Virus record (IMG/VR): IMGVR_UViG_3300023174_004273
Span: 1 to 64,000 of that record
From: a virus
DNA: 64,000 bases
Direction: 5' to 3' (one strand)
Of the stretch, positions 47,601-57,216 are shown piece after piece (the first letter of the stretch is position 1; every line of letters starts with the position of its first letter). The position numbers and the translations under genes are program-made. The notes beneath the pieces are model-generated. The model did no database searches. It worked only from the letters and a program-made list of their open reading frames with translations, and had not been told where the DNA came from.

Positions 47601-48848
47601 TTAAATTTTAAAATCTGTATCTAGTTTGCAAATCAATTGATAGAACTCAGGAAATGTTTCTGCAAAACTTTCTTTTCTGTACTGATCTGTTATTGATGTC
47701 CACTGCTGAAACTCTTTCCACAGTTTTGGATCATGTGGTTGCTTGAGTAAATTAACCACGGGCTGTAGATCATGCAATTCAAAATTTTGTAATCGATCTG
47801 CCACACGATCCGCTATGACATCAGGTATGTTCTTAACGGAGAAATAATAAGGATGATAGGACAGTATTAAGTGTACGTCTAATCCAAAATGAATCTTTAG
47901 CCGGGCAATCAAGTCCGGCAGATAGAATACATTCATTGAGGTTACAGTAATTACTGACAGTATTGACATTGGAATCCGGCCAGAATCTCTGAGCCTGATA
48001 AACCAACGAATGTTGTCGTACACATCTTCCCAGCTGGCAGGGTGTCTCAGATACGCAAACTGCGAGCCCCACCCGTCGATACTCAAGTTGAGATTGAAGT
48101 GTGCAAACTGACTCAGCGTATCTATTAACTCGTCATCCATCTTGTTGGTGACGTTGGTACTGACGTTGATATTGATGTTGCGCGACACGCCTTTGTCTAC
48201 TAGTTTTTTTAACAAGCGAGGAAGTTGTTTGTCTATCAATGGCTCGCCGCCGTAGAATTCTATGCGTGAACAGTTGGAACAAAAGTCAGCAATCTCATCA
48301 ATTTGTTCATCAGTGAATGTTCTGCTCTTGGTGTCTTTGAGCCAAAAGTTATCTTTCAGCCCGTAAGTCTTTTCAAAATACTTTCCTTCCACAGACAAGG
48401 TAACGCTGTCTGCTGAGTTACAACTACGACACCTTAGATTACATACGTTACTGATTTTGATGGCTGCCTGCATTGGGCCTTTCTTCCACTCACCAGTTGT
48501 CATAATCTGTGAAGGTGTTTTAGAAGTTTCCAGCAGAGTAGTATTTGTTCCTTGTGGATCTTTTGCAGGATCCCACAGCATGGTTCGCTCACTGGCAAGT
48601 CCCACTGCTTCTTCACCCCAGCAACGATGGCAAGCATTTTGTTTTTTGTTCTCTAGCATGCCTTGTCTAAACGCTTCAAATTCTTGATTCTTCCAAATTT
48701 CACTCAGTGACTGGTCAGGAAAGTTCCATAAACTTCCTCCCAGTGCTGGGCACGGACTTACATTATGATTAGAGTCAAACGTAATGTATGTAAACGGCGC
48801 CATACAGAGATTGTTGGGCAAAGATTCTATGGGTATTACTTTTGCCAT
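47601..48848 (-). CDS. Radical SAM protein with N-terminal SPASM-like domain
   Basis: C.APF..PC..CHRC then CNLRCRSC, GGEP, STN, SIDG. Confidence 0.88.
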   Translation of the reverse strand: MAKVIPIESLPNNLCMAPFTYITFDSNHNVSPCPALGGSLWNFPDQSLSEIWKNQEFEAFRQGMLENKKQNACHRCWGEEAVGLASERTMLWDPAKDPQGTNTTLLETSKTPSQIMTTGEWKKGPMQAAIKISNVCNLRCRSCNSADSVTLSVEGKYFEKTYGLKDNFWLKDTKSRTFTDEQIDEIADFCSNCSRIEFYGGEPLIDKQLPRLLKKLVDKGVSRNININVSTNVTNKMDDELIDTLSQFAHFNLNLSIDGWGSQFAYLRHPASWEDVYDNIRWFIRLRDSGRIPMSILSVITVTSMNVFYLPDLIARLKIHFGLDVHLILSYHPYYFSVKNIPDVIADRVADRLQNFELHDLQPVVNLLKQPHDPKLWKEFQQWTSITDQYRKESFAETFPEFYQLICKLDTDFKI

Positions 48849-50299
48849 TCTAGTTTCTCTTGTGTAAAAGGATAGCGAGCTTCTTTGTAAAACTGCTTAC
48901 GCTTGGTAAGGTGTCGTTTGGCAAACTTACAGGTGCTTGTTATGTCCCAGATTTGGACGAAGTCCTTGTCTTCTGCTTTTCTAATACCTCGCCCGATACT
49001 CTGTATAACGCGGACAAAGCTCTTTCCGGGTTCCACAAGAACCAGATTGAAAATGCGAGGAATGTTAATACCAACAGCGGCCACGCCGTAAGTAGCAACA
49101 ATAATTTTATCGGTAGCTTCAGCCACTTCGTCATACTCATCTTGTCTATCCTTTGCTTTGGTAGCTCCTGACACAAACACAGCACGTTCTCCCAATCGCT
49201 TGACTAACTCCTGGCCAGCAGTGATGCGATCTACTAGCACCAAGGTGTTGCCTGTTTCATTGACTTGCCGTATCAGGCTGGCCATGGTATCCAACCGTCC
49301 TGATTCTTCTAGTAGGTACTTGAGTTCTGATTGATAGTTGTTGTACTCCACGTGATCTACCAGCTGTACTACGTTGACATGGCATTGTGCCAGCACACCT
49401 TTGTCTTGTAACTCGGCGGCAGCCAAGCGACTCACAACAGGGCCAATGCTAACATGTATGGCCTGGAACTCAAAATCTTCTTTGGGTATGGTACCAGTCA
49501 ATCCCCAGCGGATTGGCACTTCCGCCATGACCCCTGTGAGCAGGGTTTTCAACGCATCAGCCTTGGCCATGTGTACTTCATCAACTATGACGCAAACTAC
49601 GCCTTCGAGAAACTCACCTATGGTGATCTCTGCTGATTGATTCTTGGTATTCTTTAACAGTACATTTAGACTTTGCCAGGTACAAATGGTGTGTTGCCGG
49701 CCGAACTCTTTGCGGTCACCAAAGAACACACCCACATCTAGTTCCATGTTGATGTAGTCCTTTTCTGTCTGCGTCACAAGGCTCTTGTTGGGCACTATGA
49801 CGATGCTACGACCATAGGGCGTGACAGCATGGCTCAGTGCGGCTGTCATGATTGTTTTACCTGCACCTGTGGCCACTTCTTGTAGGCACTGCGGGTTGGC
49901 CAGGAAGTTGTTGACGATGTCTACTTGATAGTCACGCAACATGATGGGTTCGCCGGCATTGGGATGTCCTTTGGGCCACAGGATATCTTGGAACGAGTCT
50001 TCCTGTACTTGCTCGAACTCGAATGTGGTAGAGTATTCTCTACGATCGTCTAGCTCAATGTCGTAGTTGTATTCTTCCAAGATAGGAATGATCTCGGGTA
50101 GTAGGTTCACATAAGTGCTACCACCCAGTTGGAAAAAGCTGACTTTGCCATCCCAACGACCTAACCTTACTGCGGGTAGGTATCGGGCATAAGGAACATC
50201 ATACTTGAACTTGTTGACTAGTGCTCGTCTGGCATCTAGTTCTAGCCCTTCGATTTTGACATTGACTTCGTCGCTTATGATAAGTCGTGCAGTTCTCAT
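48836..50299 (-). CDS. uvsW: UvsW-like SF2 DNA helicase
   Basis: LRDYQ, ATGAGKT, DEVH, GLTGT, QSIGRG.R; likely start MRTA. Confidence 0.88.
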   Translation of the reverse strand: MRTARLIISDEVNVKIEGLELDARRALVNKFKYDVPYARYLPAVRLGRWDGKVSFFQLGGSTYVNLLPEIIPILEEYNYDIELDDRREYSTTFEFEQVQEDSFQDILWPKGHPNAGEPIMLRDYQVDIVNNFLANPQCLQEVATGAGKTIMTAALSHAVTPYGRSIVIVPNKSLVTQTEKDYINMELDVGVFFGDRKEFGRQHTICTWQSLNVLLKNTKNQSAEITIGEFLEGVVCVIVDEVHMAKADALKTLLTGVMAEVPIRWGLTGTIPKEDFEFQAIHVSIGPVVSRLAAAELQDKGVLAQCHVNVVQLVDHVEYNNYQSELKYLLEESGRLDTMASLIRQVNETGNTLVLVDRITAGQELVKRLGERAVFVSGATKAKDRQDEYDEVAEATDKIIVATYGVAAVGINIPRIFNLVLVEPGKSFVRVIQSIGRGIRKAEDKDFVQIWDITSTCKFAKRHLTKRKQFYKEARYPFTQEKLEWQK

Positions 50300-50331
50300 T
50301 CTATTATTATACAGCACTTATTTAAGAAGTC

Positions 50332-50363
50332 AAAAAAACAGGCACCTTTTTAGGGTTGCCTGT
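50332..50363 (-). terminator. Intrinsic terminator after AAA ATPase
   Basis: mRNA ACAGGCA.CC..GG.UGCCUGU followed by U-tract. Confidence 0.75.
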
Positions 50364-50369
50364 GTAAAG

Positions 50370-50407
50370 TTGGAACGCCTAGGAGCTAGACTATAATGAC
50401 GTTCCAA
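50370..50407 (-). ncRNA. Candidate anti-RBS hairpin in ATPase 3' UTR
   Basis: 8-bp stem TTGGAACG/CGTTCCAA; loop UCAUUAUAGUCUAGCUCCUAGG complementary to RBS regions at 9270-9286 and 51435-51452. Confidence 0.55.
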
Positions 50408-50415
50408 AGATACTG

Positions 50416-51438
50416 TTAGTGTTTCATAACAGTATTTTCTGCCAGTGCTCGCCAGTTGGCGCTCACTTTGGTAAGATCCGCAATCTTCAGCGCCATACGC
50501 AGGCTCATTTCGCGGAGTTTGTCTTTGTTCTCGTCCATGAATGCCAAGATCTCATCACCTTGCTCGGGCGTAAAATCATAGTCATTGAATAACTGACCTT
50601 GGCGGAAGATCTGTTTGATGCGCAAGAACTTGTCACGCATGGTATCCAAAGTCAAGTCCAGGAAGTGGCAACGACTTTGCAGGGCTTCTAAGTGGTCTTG
50701 CAGTTTCTTTGACTTGAGGTGATCAAACTTCAAGTTGGTAATAAAAATCGCACTGCCTTTGAAGTCGAACTGATCTGGTACACCTTCACGACGGAGCATG
50801 GCACTGTCTGAGTTCCAGCAGATACGACGCTTCTTGCCTGAGTCCAGGGCGGCCTTGAGGATGTTCAACGATACATCATCTTGGAATACGCTGTCACAGT
50901 CGTCAAACACAAGGACATTGTTGGGATCTGAGTGACGATACAGAGTGCAGTACAAACCAATGGCAGTCATTGCACCTTTGACCACTTCATATTTGATCTT
51001 GCGACCTGACAGTTGATCAAACAATCCAGCCTTTTCTAGCTGGAACTCAACACCGTAGCTCTTGCCCACACCAGGAGGGCCAACTACGATCATAGCACGG
51101 ATGTCGCCAGCAATAGCGGCCTTGGTCATGTCATCAAGGATGTTGAAACGCTGTTCAATACGAGCCATGACTTCTTCGTCAGTTTCCACTTTCACGGGTT
51201 TCTTGAACTCTACTACTTTGTCTGCTTTGCCCATGGGCCCTCCATCTACAAACTCAATGTCATTGATACTGTCAACTTTGACGCGGATTTCACTGGGGAA
51301 ACCCGGAAAATAATCACCATTGGCAACGGTAACAAAGTTACCTTTGGCACTGGTTGTGAAATCTTTCACCAACGCAAAAGTGGCGTTGACGATGGGTTGG
51401 TTGCGATATACACCGCGGATGATACGAACTGTGCTCAT
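50416..51438 (-). CDS. AAA+/P-loop ATPase
   Basis: GPPGVGKS, VLVFDDCD, ITN, ALQSRC. Confidence 0.85.
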   Translation of the reverse strand: MSTVRIIRGVYRNQPIVNATFALVKDFTTSAKGNFVTVANGDYFPGFPSEIRVKVDSINDIEFVDGGPMGKADKVVEFKKPVKVETDEEVMARIEQRFNILDDMTKAAIAGDIRAMIVVGPPGVGKSYGVEFQLEKAGLFDQLSGRKIKYEVVKGAMTAIGLYCTLYRHSDPNNVLVFDDCDSVFQDDVSLNILKAALDSGKKRRICWNSDSAMLRREGVPDQFDFKGSAIFITNLKFDHLKSKKLQDHLEALQSRCHFLDLTLDTMRDKFLRIKQIFRQGQLFNDYDFTPEQGDEILAFMDENKDKLREMSLRMALKIADLTKVSANWRALAENTVMKH

Positions 51439-51472
51439 TTAGTCTGCTCCTAAAATGACGTTACAAAACAAT

Positions 51473-51724
51473 ATTGTATGCGGATTCTCTTTTGATGTCA
51501 ATACGGAATCTATGCTATACAAGACCAATAAACAACAACATACATAATCCAAATCATGTGCCGTCCTTGTTTACTTACTATACCATTATTATAGCAAAAT
51601 GGGCATTTCTGGTCAACCCCGTATTTTTCCTGGGTTTTTTGGTGTTGTTTTTATGCAACATCTGGGTTTTGCCCGTTTTGCTAGTGAACAGGGTTAGTAT
51701 AGCATTTATTGGATTTTGTGTCAA
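51473..51724 (-). promoter_or_regulatory. Three tandem sigma70 promoters
   Basis: TTGACA-17-TATACT (51724-51696), TTGACC-17-TATAAT (51616-51588), TTGACA-17-TACAAT (51501-51473). Confidence 0.85.
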
Positions 51725-51728
51725 CCAT

Positions 51729-51756
51729 AAAAAAAGGGCTAAAAATAGCCCTTTTT
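51729..51756. terminator. Intrinsic terminator
   Basis: AAAAAGGGCTA-AAAA-TAGCCCTTTTT. Confidence 0.85.
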
Positions 51757-51774
51757 ATCTGACTGGAAGTCTTG

Positions 51775-52173
51775 TTAAACTATGGTTCCAACCTTGTAGT
51801 TAAACAGATTGAATGTTATAGTTTCTCCGGCGCTGATTTCAAAAAACCAGCCGGCCCAGTCTTGAGTAAGAACAAAACCAACATCCGAGCTAGGTTGTTC
51901 GGGTGGTTGTCCATTGATTAGGATGTTTTTACGCATGTCTATGCCTGCATCACCAAGACATGATCCAACCGAAATCACGCCAGACGTCACTGTGATGGTC
52001 ATTGATGCCGTGGCTTCGTCCGTGGCATTTTTCCAATCAAATAACAAAATATCTGTTTCTGTGTCAAGTGGAACCCCTTGTCCGACTTGCCCACTGAACA
52101 CTTCTTCACCGTTGAACAATGCTGTTACCGCTGCCGGTGTTGAAAATATCCTGCCAAGTATGTTTGCGTTCAT
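51775..52173 (-). CDS. Hypothetical beta-sandwich-like protein
   Basis: ORF with TATAAATA (52208-52215), AAGGA RBS and terminator. Confidence 0.55.
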   Translation of the reverse strand: MNANILGRIFSTPAAVTALFNGEEVFSGQVGQGVPLDTETDILLFDWKNATDEATASMTITVTSGVISVGSCLGDAGIDMRKNILINGQPPEQPSSDVGFVLTQDWAGWFFEISAGETITFNLFNYKVGTIV

Positions 52174-52218
52174 AATAAATCCTTTTAGTCAATAAAGTTT
52201 GGTGTAGTATTTATACGT

Positions 52219-52971
52219 CTATTTCCAGTGCTGTAAAACAGTTGGGTCCGAGATTTCGTGTGGTTTTGGACTGCCATGGAATATCAAAACACTGGTCTGC
52301 GGGGGCAACGATGTGCCAGCACCGGGATTTTTGTGTTTACGGAATCTAAAATCGTAGCCGCCGTCTTGTAGTTCCCAGCGCCAGCTTTTCACAAACTCTG
52401 TGTCAAAATAACCAACTTGCCCTGGGGGCATTTTTTCCTGTATGTAATCTTGATCGCCGTGCCAGCGATTCCTTTTTTGTACAACATCACTGGGATCAAA
52501 CTCTCTGTAGACGTGATCCCAACGAGCAGGATCAAACCACATGACCGATGAGTTTATGGTAGATCTGCTGGGGCGGAATAGATACTTGAAATCTTGCACG
52601 GCCCAAAATCGATCAGTGGGCAACTGCCAGATCCAATCTATGTTGCCCACGATCACCGTGTCTAGATCAAAGTACAACAGGGGCCCTGCATGCTGTCTAC
52701 GATCAAACAACTGTATCTTGTACCACCAACTGCGTTTGGGACCTCGTATGTTTTCCCACTCTTGCAAAGGATGGTGTATCATGTGCCCGGGCACTATCCT
52801 ATGCTTTTCGGTGTAAACGTGCATCCTTACCGTGGGCGTGAGGTTGCGGCAAAGACTGTTGTAAAGTTTGTCTACATAATCCCATTGATACTGCACATCG
52901 TGTATGAGACATGCGCAGTCAATGACTTCTATGGGTTCTGGCGCAACCTGCTGCCTATTCTTTTTAACCAT
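52219..52971 (-). CDS. GT-A glycosyltransferase (GT8-like)
   Basis: WWYK, YFDLD, NSSVM, GDQD, FHG.PKP. Confidence 0.78.
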   Translation of the reverse strand: MVKKNRQQVAPEPIEVIDCACLIHDVQYQWDYVDKLYNSLCRNLTPTVRMHVYTEKHRIVPGHMIHHPLQEWENIRGPKRSWWYKIQLFDRRQHAGPLLYFDLDTVIVGNIDWIWQLPTDRFWAVQDFKYLFRPSRSTINSSVMWFDPARWDHVYREFDPSDVVQKRNRWHGDQDYIQEKMPPGQVGYFDTEFVKSWRWELQDGGYDFRFRKHKNPGAGTSLPPQTSVLIFHGSPKPHEISDPTVLQHWK

Positions 52972-53783
52972 TGTGCTTGTTTTATTTCTTCTACTGTGTA
53001 CTCAGTGTGACATATTTCGGCCAACCATTGAGATCTGTCACACACGGGCCTCTGCTCTATCTGTTGTGTAGTTATCGAGATTGGATAGGCCAGGCTTGAT
53101 GAATCTACTATCACCGGACAGCCTTCGATACCTGCTTGTATACCTGGTCCGGAGTTATAGTTGACCAAGGCTTGATAATCAAACCTTAGATCAAAACTGT
53201 CATAGGTTTGTTTTAGTTTTTGCGGTGTTTCGATGGAAACACCTTTGGGCAGATTATTCAATGCGATCTTGTATCTTGGATGAGGGCGTACCAATATAGG
53301 TCTGTCAGTGGCTGATCGGATTTGGTTGATCTGCTGATATAACCAGGATTCGTGATTGATTCCTTGCATTTGCAAACTGGTCTGGTGCTGTAGACAGATC
53401 AGCACAGCAGGATTTCCTGGCAGCGTGTGTCCAAGACTTATGCCCAACTTCTTGGGTCTATCCCAATCTAGATTTTCTTGATGTCCATAATAACCAAGAG
53501 CATTGATATTGTTGATCGCTATCTTCCAGGTGCGTCCTCTATAAAGAGCACCGACATCTATCACTATCACAGGTTTGTTTTGTGCTCGATAGTGTTCGTA
53601 GACCTGTTGGTTAGCCATCATGCGCCCGTGCCACAGCACTGACCAGATCACTGCGGCATCTGCGGTCCAGGAGTTTTCTAGTGCAACAATCTTGCCAATG
53701 TTACAACTGTCAAGAAAGGCATCCATCACTGGCCTGCTGTTGAGAGCGCATTGGGAAGGAAAATAGGCTATATTTTTAATCAC
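52929..53783 (-). CDS. Capsule-biosynthesis-like GT-B protein (KpsC/KpsS-like)
   Basis: CLQ, VRPHP, YNSGPG..A.IEG.P. Confidence 0.6.
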   Translation of the reverse strand: MIKNIAYFPSQCALNSRPVMDAFLDSCNIGKIVALENSWTADAAVIWSVLWHGRMMANQQVYEHYRAQNKPVIVIDVGALYRGRTWKIAINNINALGYYGHQENLDWDRPKKLGISLGHTLPGNPAVLICLQHQTSLQMQGINHESWLYQQINQIRSATDRPILVRPHPRYKIALNNLPKGVSIETPQKLKQTYDSFDLRFDYQALVNYNSGPGIQAGIEGCPVIVDSSSLAYPISITTQQIEQRPVCDRSQWLAEICHTEYTVEEIKQAQWLKRIGSRLRQNP

Positions 53784-53796
53784 TAAATATCCAACA

Positions 53797-54633
53797 ATGA
53801 GTTACAGTATAGTTACCACATTCAATCAGTCGGGCTTGGATCTTTATGGAAGAACCATGATCCAAAGTTTTGATCAACATTGGCCGCATGATATTAATCT
53901 TTATGTTTATACCGAAAACTGCGTGGTGCCAGCAACAAATCGCATATTGGTAAGAGACCTGCTGGTATCATCACCTGATCTAGTGGAGTTCAAACAGCGC
54001 CATGCCAACAACCCTGTGGCCAATGGAATGGTTGCCAAGGACACAGGTGTGCCATTCAAAGATAATGCGTTCAAATGGGACGCTGTGCGTTTCAGCCACA
54101 AGGTCTTTGCAGTGATACATGCAGTAGAGCACTGTGACACAGACTGGGTGATATGGTTAGACGCAGATACCAAAACCTTTGCTACAGTGCCTGATTCTTT
54201 CTTGTCAGAGATTTGCAACAGTCGGGCCATGTGTTGTTATTTGGGTCGCAGAGAAAAATATCACAGCGAATGTGGCTGGGTGGCTTACAATCGTCGGCAC
54301 TTGGATTTGCAGGATTTTATGATCCAGTGGCGAGATCTTTACATGAGTGATAACATATTTGATTTAAAAGAGTTCCACGACAGTTTTGTTTTTGATGTTC
54401 TTAGAAAAAAGTTCCAACAAGAACGTGGCACTGTTTTCCATAATCTCAGTCCTGAACTGCCCGGCAAAGGACCTGGACATCCTTTTATAGCCAGCAGGCT
54501 GGGACAGTACATGGATCACATGAAAGGTAGCAAACGCAAGGCACTGGGGCACAGCATGCCTGACGACTACGAAAGAAATCACGGGCTTAACAGCTCGATT
54601 CCGTATTGGAGTCAAGTGTTTGGCAAACGATGA
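53797..54633 (+). CDS. GT-A nucleotide-diphospho-sugar transferase
   Basis: WDAVRFSHKVF, WLDAD, HDSFVFD, HMKG. Confidence 0.75.
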   Translation: MSYSIVTTFNQSGLDLYGRTMIQSFDQHWPHDINLYVYTENCVVPATNRILVRDLLVSSPDLVEFKQRHANNPVANGMVAKDTGVPFKDNAFKWDAVRFSHKVFAVIHAVEHCDTDWVIWLDADTKTFATVPDSFLSEICNSRAMCCYLGRREKYHSECGWVAYNRRHLDLQDFMIQWRDLYMSDNIFDLKEFHDSFVFDVLRKKFQQERGTVFHNLSPELPGKGPGHPFIASRLGQYMDHMKGSKRKALGHSMPDDYERNHGLNSSIPYWSQVFGKR

Positions 54634-55532
54634 CGCATGAATCTCCAAGCATCGCCAGAGTCTAGCTCATCAGCATTCCAATGGCACTGTGCCAGTTTAT
54701 GATAAAACTCTTCTCGGTCAGGTCGCAAGGGGTTTTCTATCTGCCCAAGGTCTGAGCAGGCATAGGGCCAGGCTTGACTCCGTGTCGGAGTTGGATCGGT
54801 GACCCATACAGGTACTCCCCACAACAGACTGGCCACTCCTGGACTAGAGTTATAGGTCACAGTGGCCCAGGCATTGTTTAAATCTTCCCTTAGGTCTGCG
54901 TGAGTACTCCAGGAGATGTTTTTCAAGTTAGGAAATCGTATAGTTGGCACTATGGCAATGTTGCCTGGGTGTGGTCTTACGACTATACGCCTATCAGATA
55001 CGGCTCGTATTTTAGGCAATATATCGTCTAACCATTGTTGCACGGGCATGTCTCCCATGCTCCATCCTCCATTGCGTTGCAGAGTGACCAGTATGTGTTG
55101 ACCATTGACGTTCCAGTTTCGTTCAACGAATCCGTAGTTAGATTTTATTGAGAACCAACGTATGGGATCTACTTCGCGATCAAAATAATATCCACGATCA
55201 GGAAAAACATCCCCGACGCTGTATCTAAGATATTTGTTGAAATCATTGGGTTCGAGGAAACCATAAAGATTGCTGTCAATGGCTATCACATGGTTTTTAT
55301 TTTTTCGTTGATGTTTGATCACCGCACTGCGCAAAGCAAGATGTGGTGATTGTTTACTGTTGACCCATCCTTGTATCACTGCCACGTCGCAGTCTATGGG
55401 TGCCAGTTGGTCAACCAAGAACACTTCATCGCCTGCTTTCTTGGCACCGTAGGCAAACCGAGTCAATATCGATCTTTTAAACTCGTTTTTGGCTTTAGCA
55501 GGTACCCCTGAAAGATATACCGCGAGTTTCAT
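54612..55532 (-). CDS. Capsule-biosynthesis-like GT-B protein
   Basis: TLQ, VRPHP, YNSSPGV..L..GVP; likely start MKLAV. Confidence 0.6.
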   Translation of the reverse strand: MKLAVYLSGVPAKAKNEFKRSILTRFAYGAKKAGDEVFLVDQLAPIDCDVAVIQGWVNSKQSPHLALRSAVIKHQRKNKNHVIAIDSNLYGFLEPNDFNKYLRYSVGDVFPDRGYYFDREVDPIRWFSIKSNYGFVERNWNVNGQHILVTLQRNGGWSMGDMPVQQWLDDILPKIRAVSDRRIVVRPHPGNIAIVPTIRFPNLKNISWSTHADLREDLNNAWATVTYNSSPGVASLLWGVPVWVTDPTPTRSQAWPYACSDLGQIENPLRPDREEFYHKLAQCHWNADELDSGDAWRFMRHRLPNT

Positions 55533-56536
55533 CAGGTATTTCCGTTGATCACTGACCAAGCATACCCTGTGCGCATTTCTTCAAGAGTAAACTGATGATA
55601 GGCCAAGCAAGCCATTAGCTGGTGTACTTGGTCTCGGTCAGGGCAGAAAGGAGTCTCGATCTTGGACAAGTCAGTGTTGGCCAAGGGCTGTGCGGCGTTG
55701 GGACCCATGGTAAAAACAGGTTTACCGTAGATCAAGGCCTCCACAGCGGCAATGGAGTTGAATGTGACCAAGCAATGGACGTCCTGACTCAGTGCGTTTT
55801 CCATGGTGTCCACTGTGGCTCTTACATTTCGGGGCTGTTTGGTGCGTATCACGATTTCTCGATCAGTGTGTTCTCTGATGGTTTGTACTGTAGAGTCTAG
55901 CCATTGATCAAGATCTAGATTCCAATACTTCATGGCCTTTTCACTGGGAGGGCAAATCAATACCTTTGATCCGGATTTCATTCTTCCAATCTTGACTCCG
56001 CATCTTTCTAATCTATCTGTGGGTCGATCTTCTGTGGGTCCTAGCCATTGCATGGCATTTTTAGTGACGCGATGATAATCTTTGACCTTGCCATTGCCAA
56101 AATAACCTGTGTCAATGTAATAGTAATCTCTACCTTGCTGTTCACAGGCCATCATGATTTTTTTCTTTGTTATGCTCCTGAGAGCTATGGGCAACTTGGT
56201 GTGTTCAATGTCTACCCAAGGGCTCATGCGCCCGGCGCAACCTTGCACAAATGCATGTACCACTCCATCCCATTTCGCACCTTTTTGTTTCATCTTGTCT
56301 GTTATATCCTCTTTTTCACTGAGCCCGACCAACTGATTGACGCGGATGTCGTCGAGCCAGGACAGCATTTCTTTGCGCTTTACCGTTGAGCCAAAATGTC
56401 CGTTGGGGTCTTCTACCCACGAAACAACTTTTTTAAAATAGTCTCGATATTGAGGACATAAATGTAACTCGTCAATGCCTATCGCTCTATGATCTACCGG
56501 TTGCTTGATTGGCTCTTGTGGATCTTCTTCGCTCAT
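55532..56536 (-). CDS. Capsule-biosynthesis-like GT-B protein
   Basis: IDTGY, TFNSIAAVEALIYGKP. Confidence 0.6.
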   Translation of the reverse strand: MSEEDPQEPIKQPVDHRAIGIDELHLCPQYRDYFKKVVSWVEDPNGHFGSTVKRKEMLSWLDDIRVNQLVGLSEKEDITDKMKQKGAKWDGVVHAFVQGCAGRMSPWVDIEHTKLPIALRSITKKKIMMACEQQGRDYYYIDTGYFGNGKVKDYHRVTKNAMQWLGPTEDRPTDRLERCGVKIGRMKSGSKVLICPPSEKAMKYWNLDLDQWLDSTVQTIREHTDREIVIRTKQPRNVRATVDTMENALSQDVHCLVTFNSIAAVEALIYGKPVFTMGPNAAQPLANTDLSKIETPFCPDRDQVHQLMACLAYHQFTLEEMRTGYAWSVINGNT

Positions 56537-57216
56537 GTTGTTTGTTGACAGTGGTCAGTTAGTTGATGTTCTTGATGCCACACTTCGGCCATGGGTGTGT
56601 CTTTAAACTCGTTAAAACAAGGTGTGCCCAATGTGTAGTGCAACAGCTTGGCGTTTTCGTTTGGACCAAACTCGTCGGGCAACCAGTTCCATTCAACGGG
56701 CAAAGATCCTATGCGGTCGTCATCTAACCACGTGAAACGGTGGAGTAAACTGCCGGTGGCGTTTTGAATGAACTCAGGGGTAAGTTTTCTGTTAGGAAAG
56801 CTACTACAGTTCCACAAAATAACACTAGACCAATTTTTCCTAGGATAGTCTTCATTTTTTGCTCCCATGTATTTGACTGGCATGCGTGTCTTGTAATCAT
56901 GTTTGACTACCATGACATCTTTGTTTGATTGTCTAAGATTCCAGAGCTTGGCGATATCATCTCGAACGATCATATCTCCGTCAATGAATATTGCCCACCC
57001 TGACCAGTGCATGAGCCAAGGTACAAGAAATCTTGTATAAACAAAATGATTGCTGTTATCGCCGTGCGTTTCTTTGTATTCAGCAAACAAGTTCAGTGCC
57101 ACAGGATGTATGGCCACTGGTTGCGTGGCATGACGGATGATAGAGTTTACACAGGTATGATAGGCCACGGCTTCTCGAGGATCGTAGCCTATAAAGATAG
57201 GTATGATGTCTTTCAT
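56533..57216 (-). CDS. GT-A glycosyltransferase (GT8-like)
   Basis: FIGYDPRE, TRFLVP, FIDGD, PRKNWSS, EWN, HYT.G.P. Confidence 0.85.
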   Translation of the reverse strand: MKDIIPIFIGYDPREAVAYHTCVNSIIRHATQPVAIHPVALNLFAEYKETHGDNSNHFVYTRFLVPWLMHWSGWAIFIDGDMIVRDDIAKLWNLRQSNKDVMVVKHDYKTRMPVKYMGAKNEDYPRKNWSSVILWNCSSFPNRKLTPEFIQNATGSLLHRFTWLDDDRIGSLPVEWNWLPDEFGPNENAKLLHYTLGTPCFNEFKDTPMAEVWHQEHQLTDHCQQTT

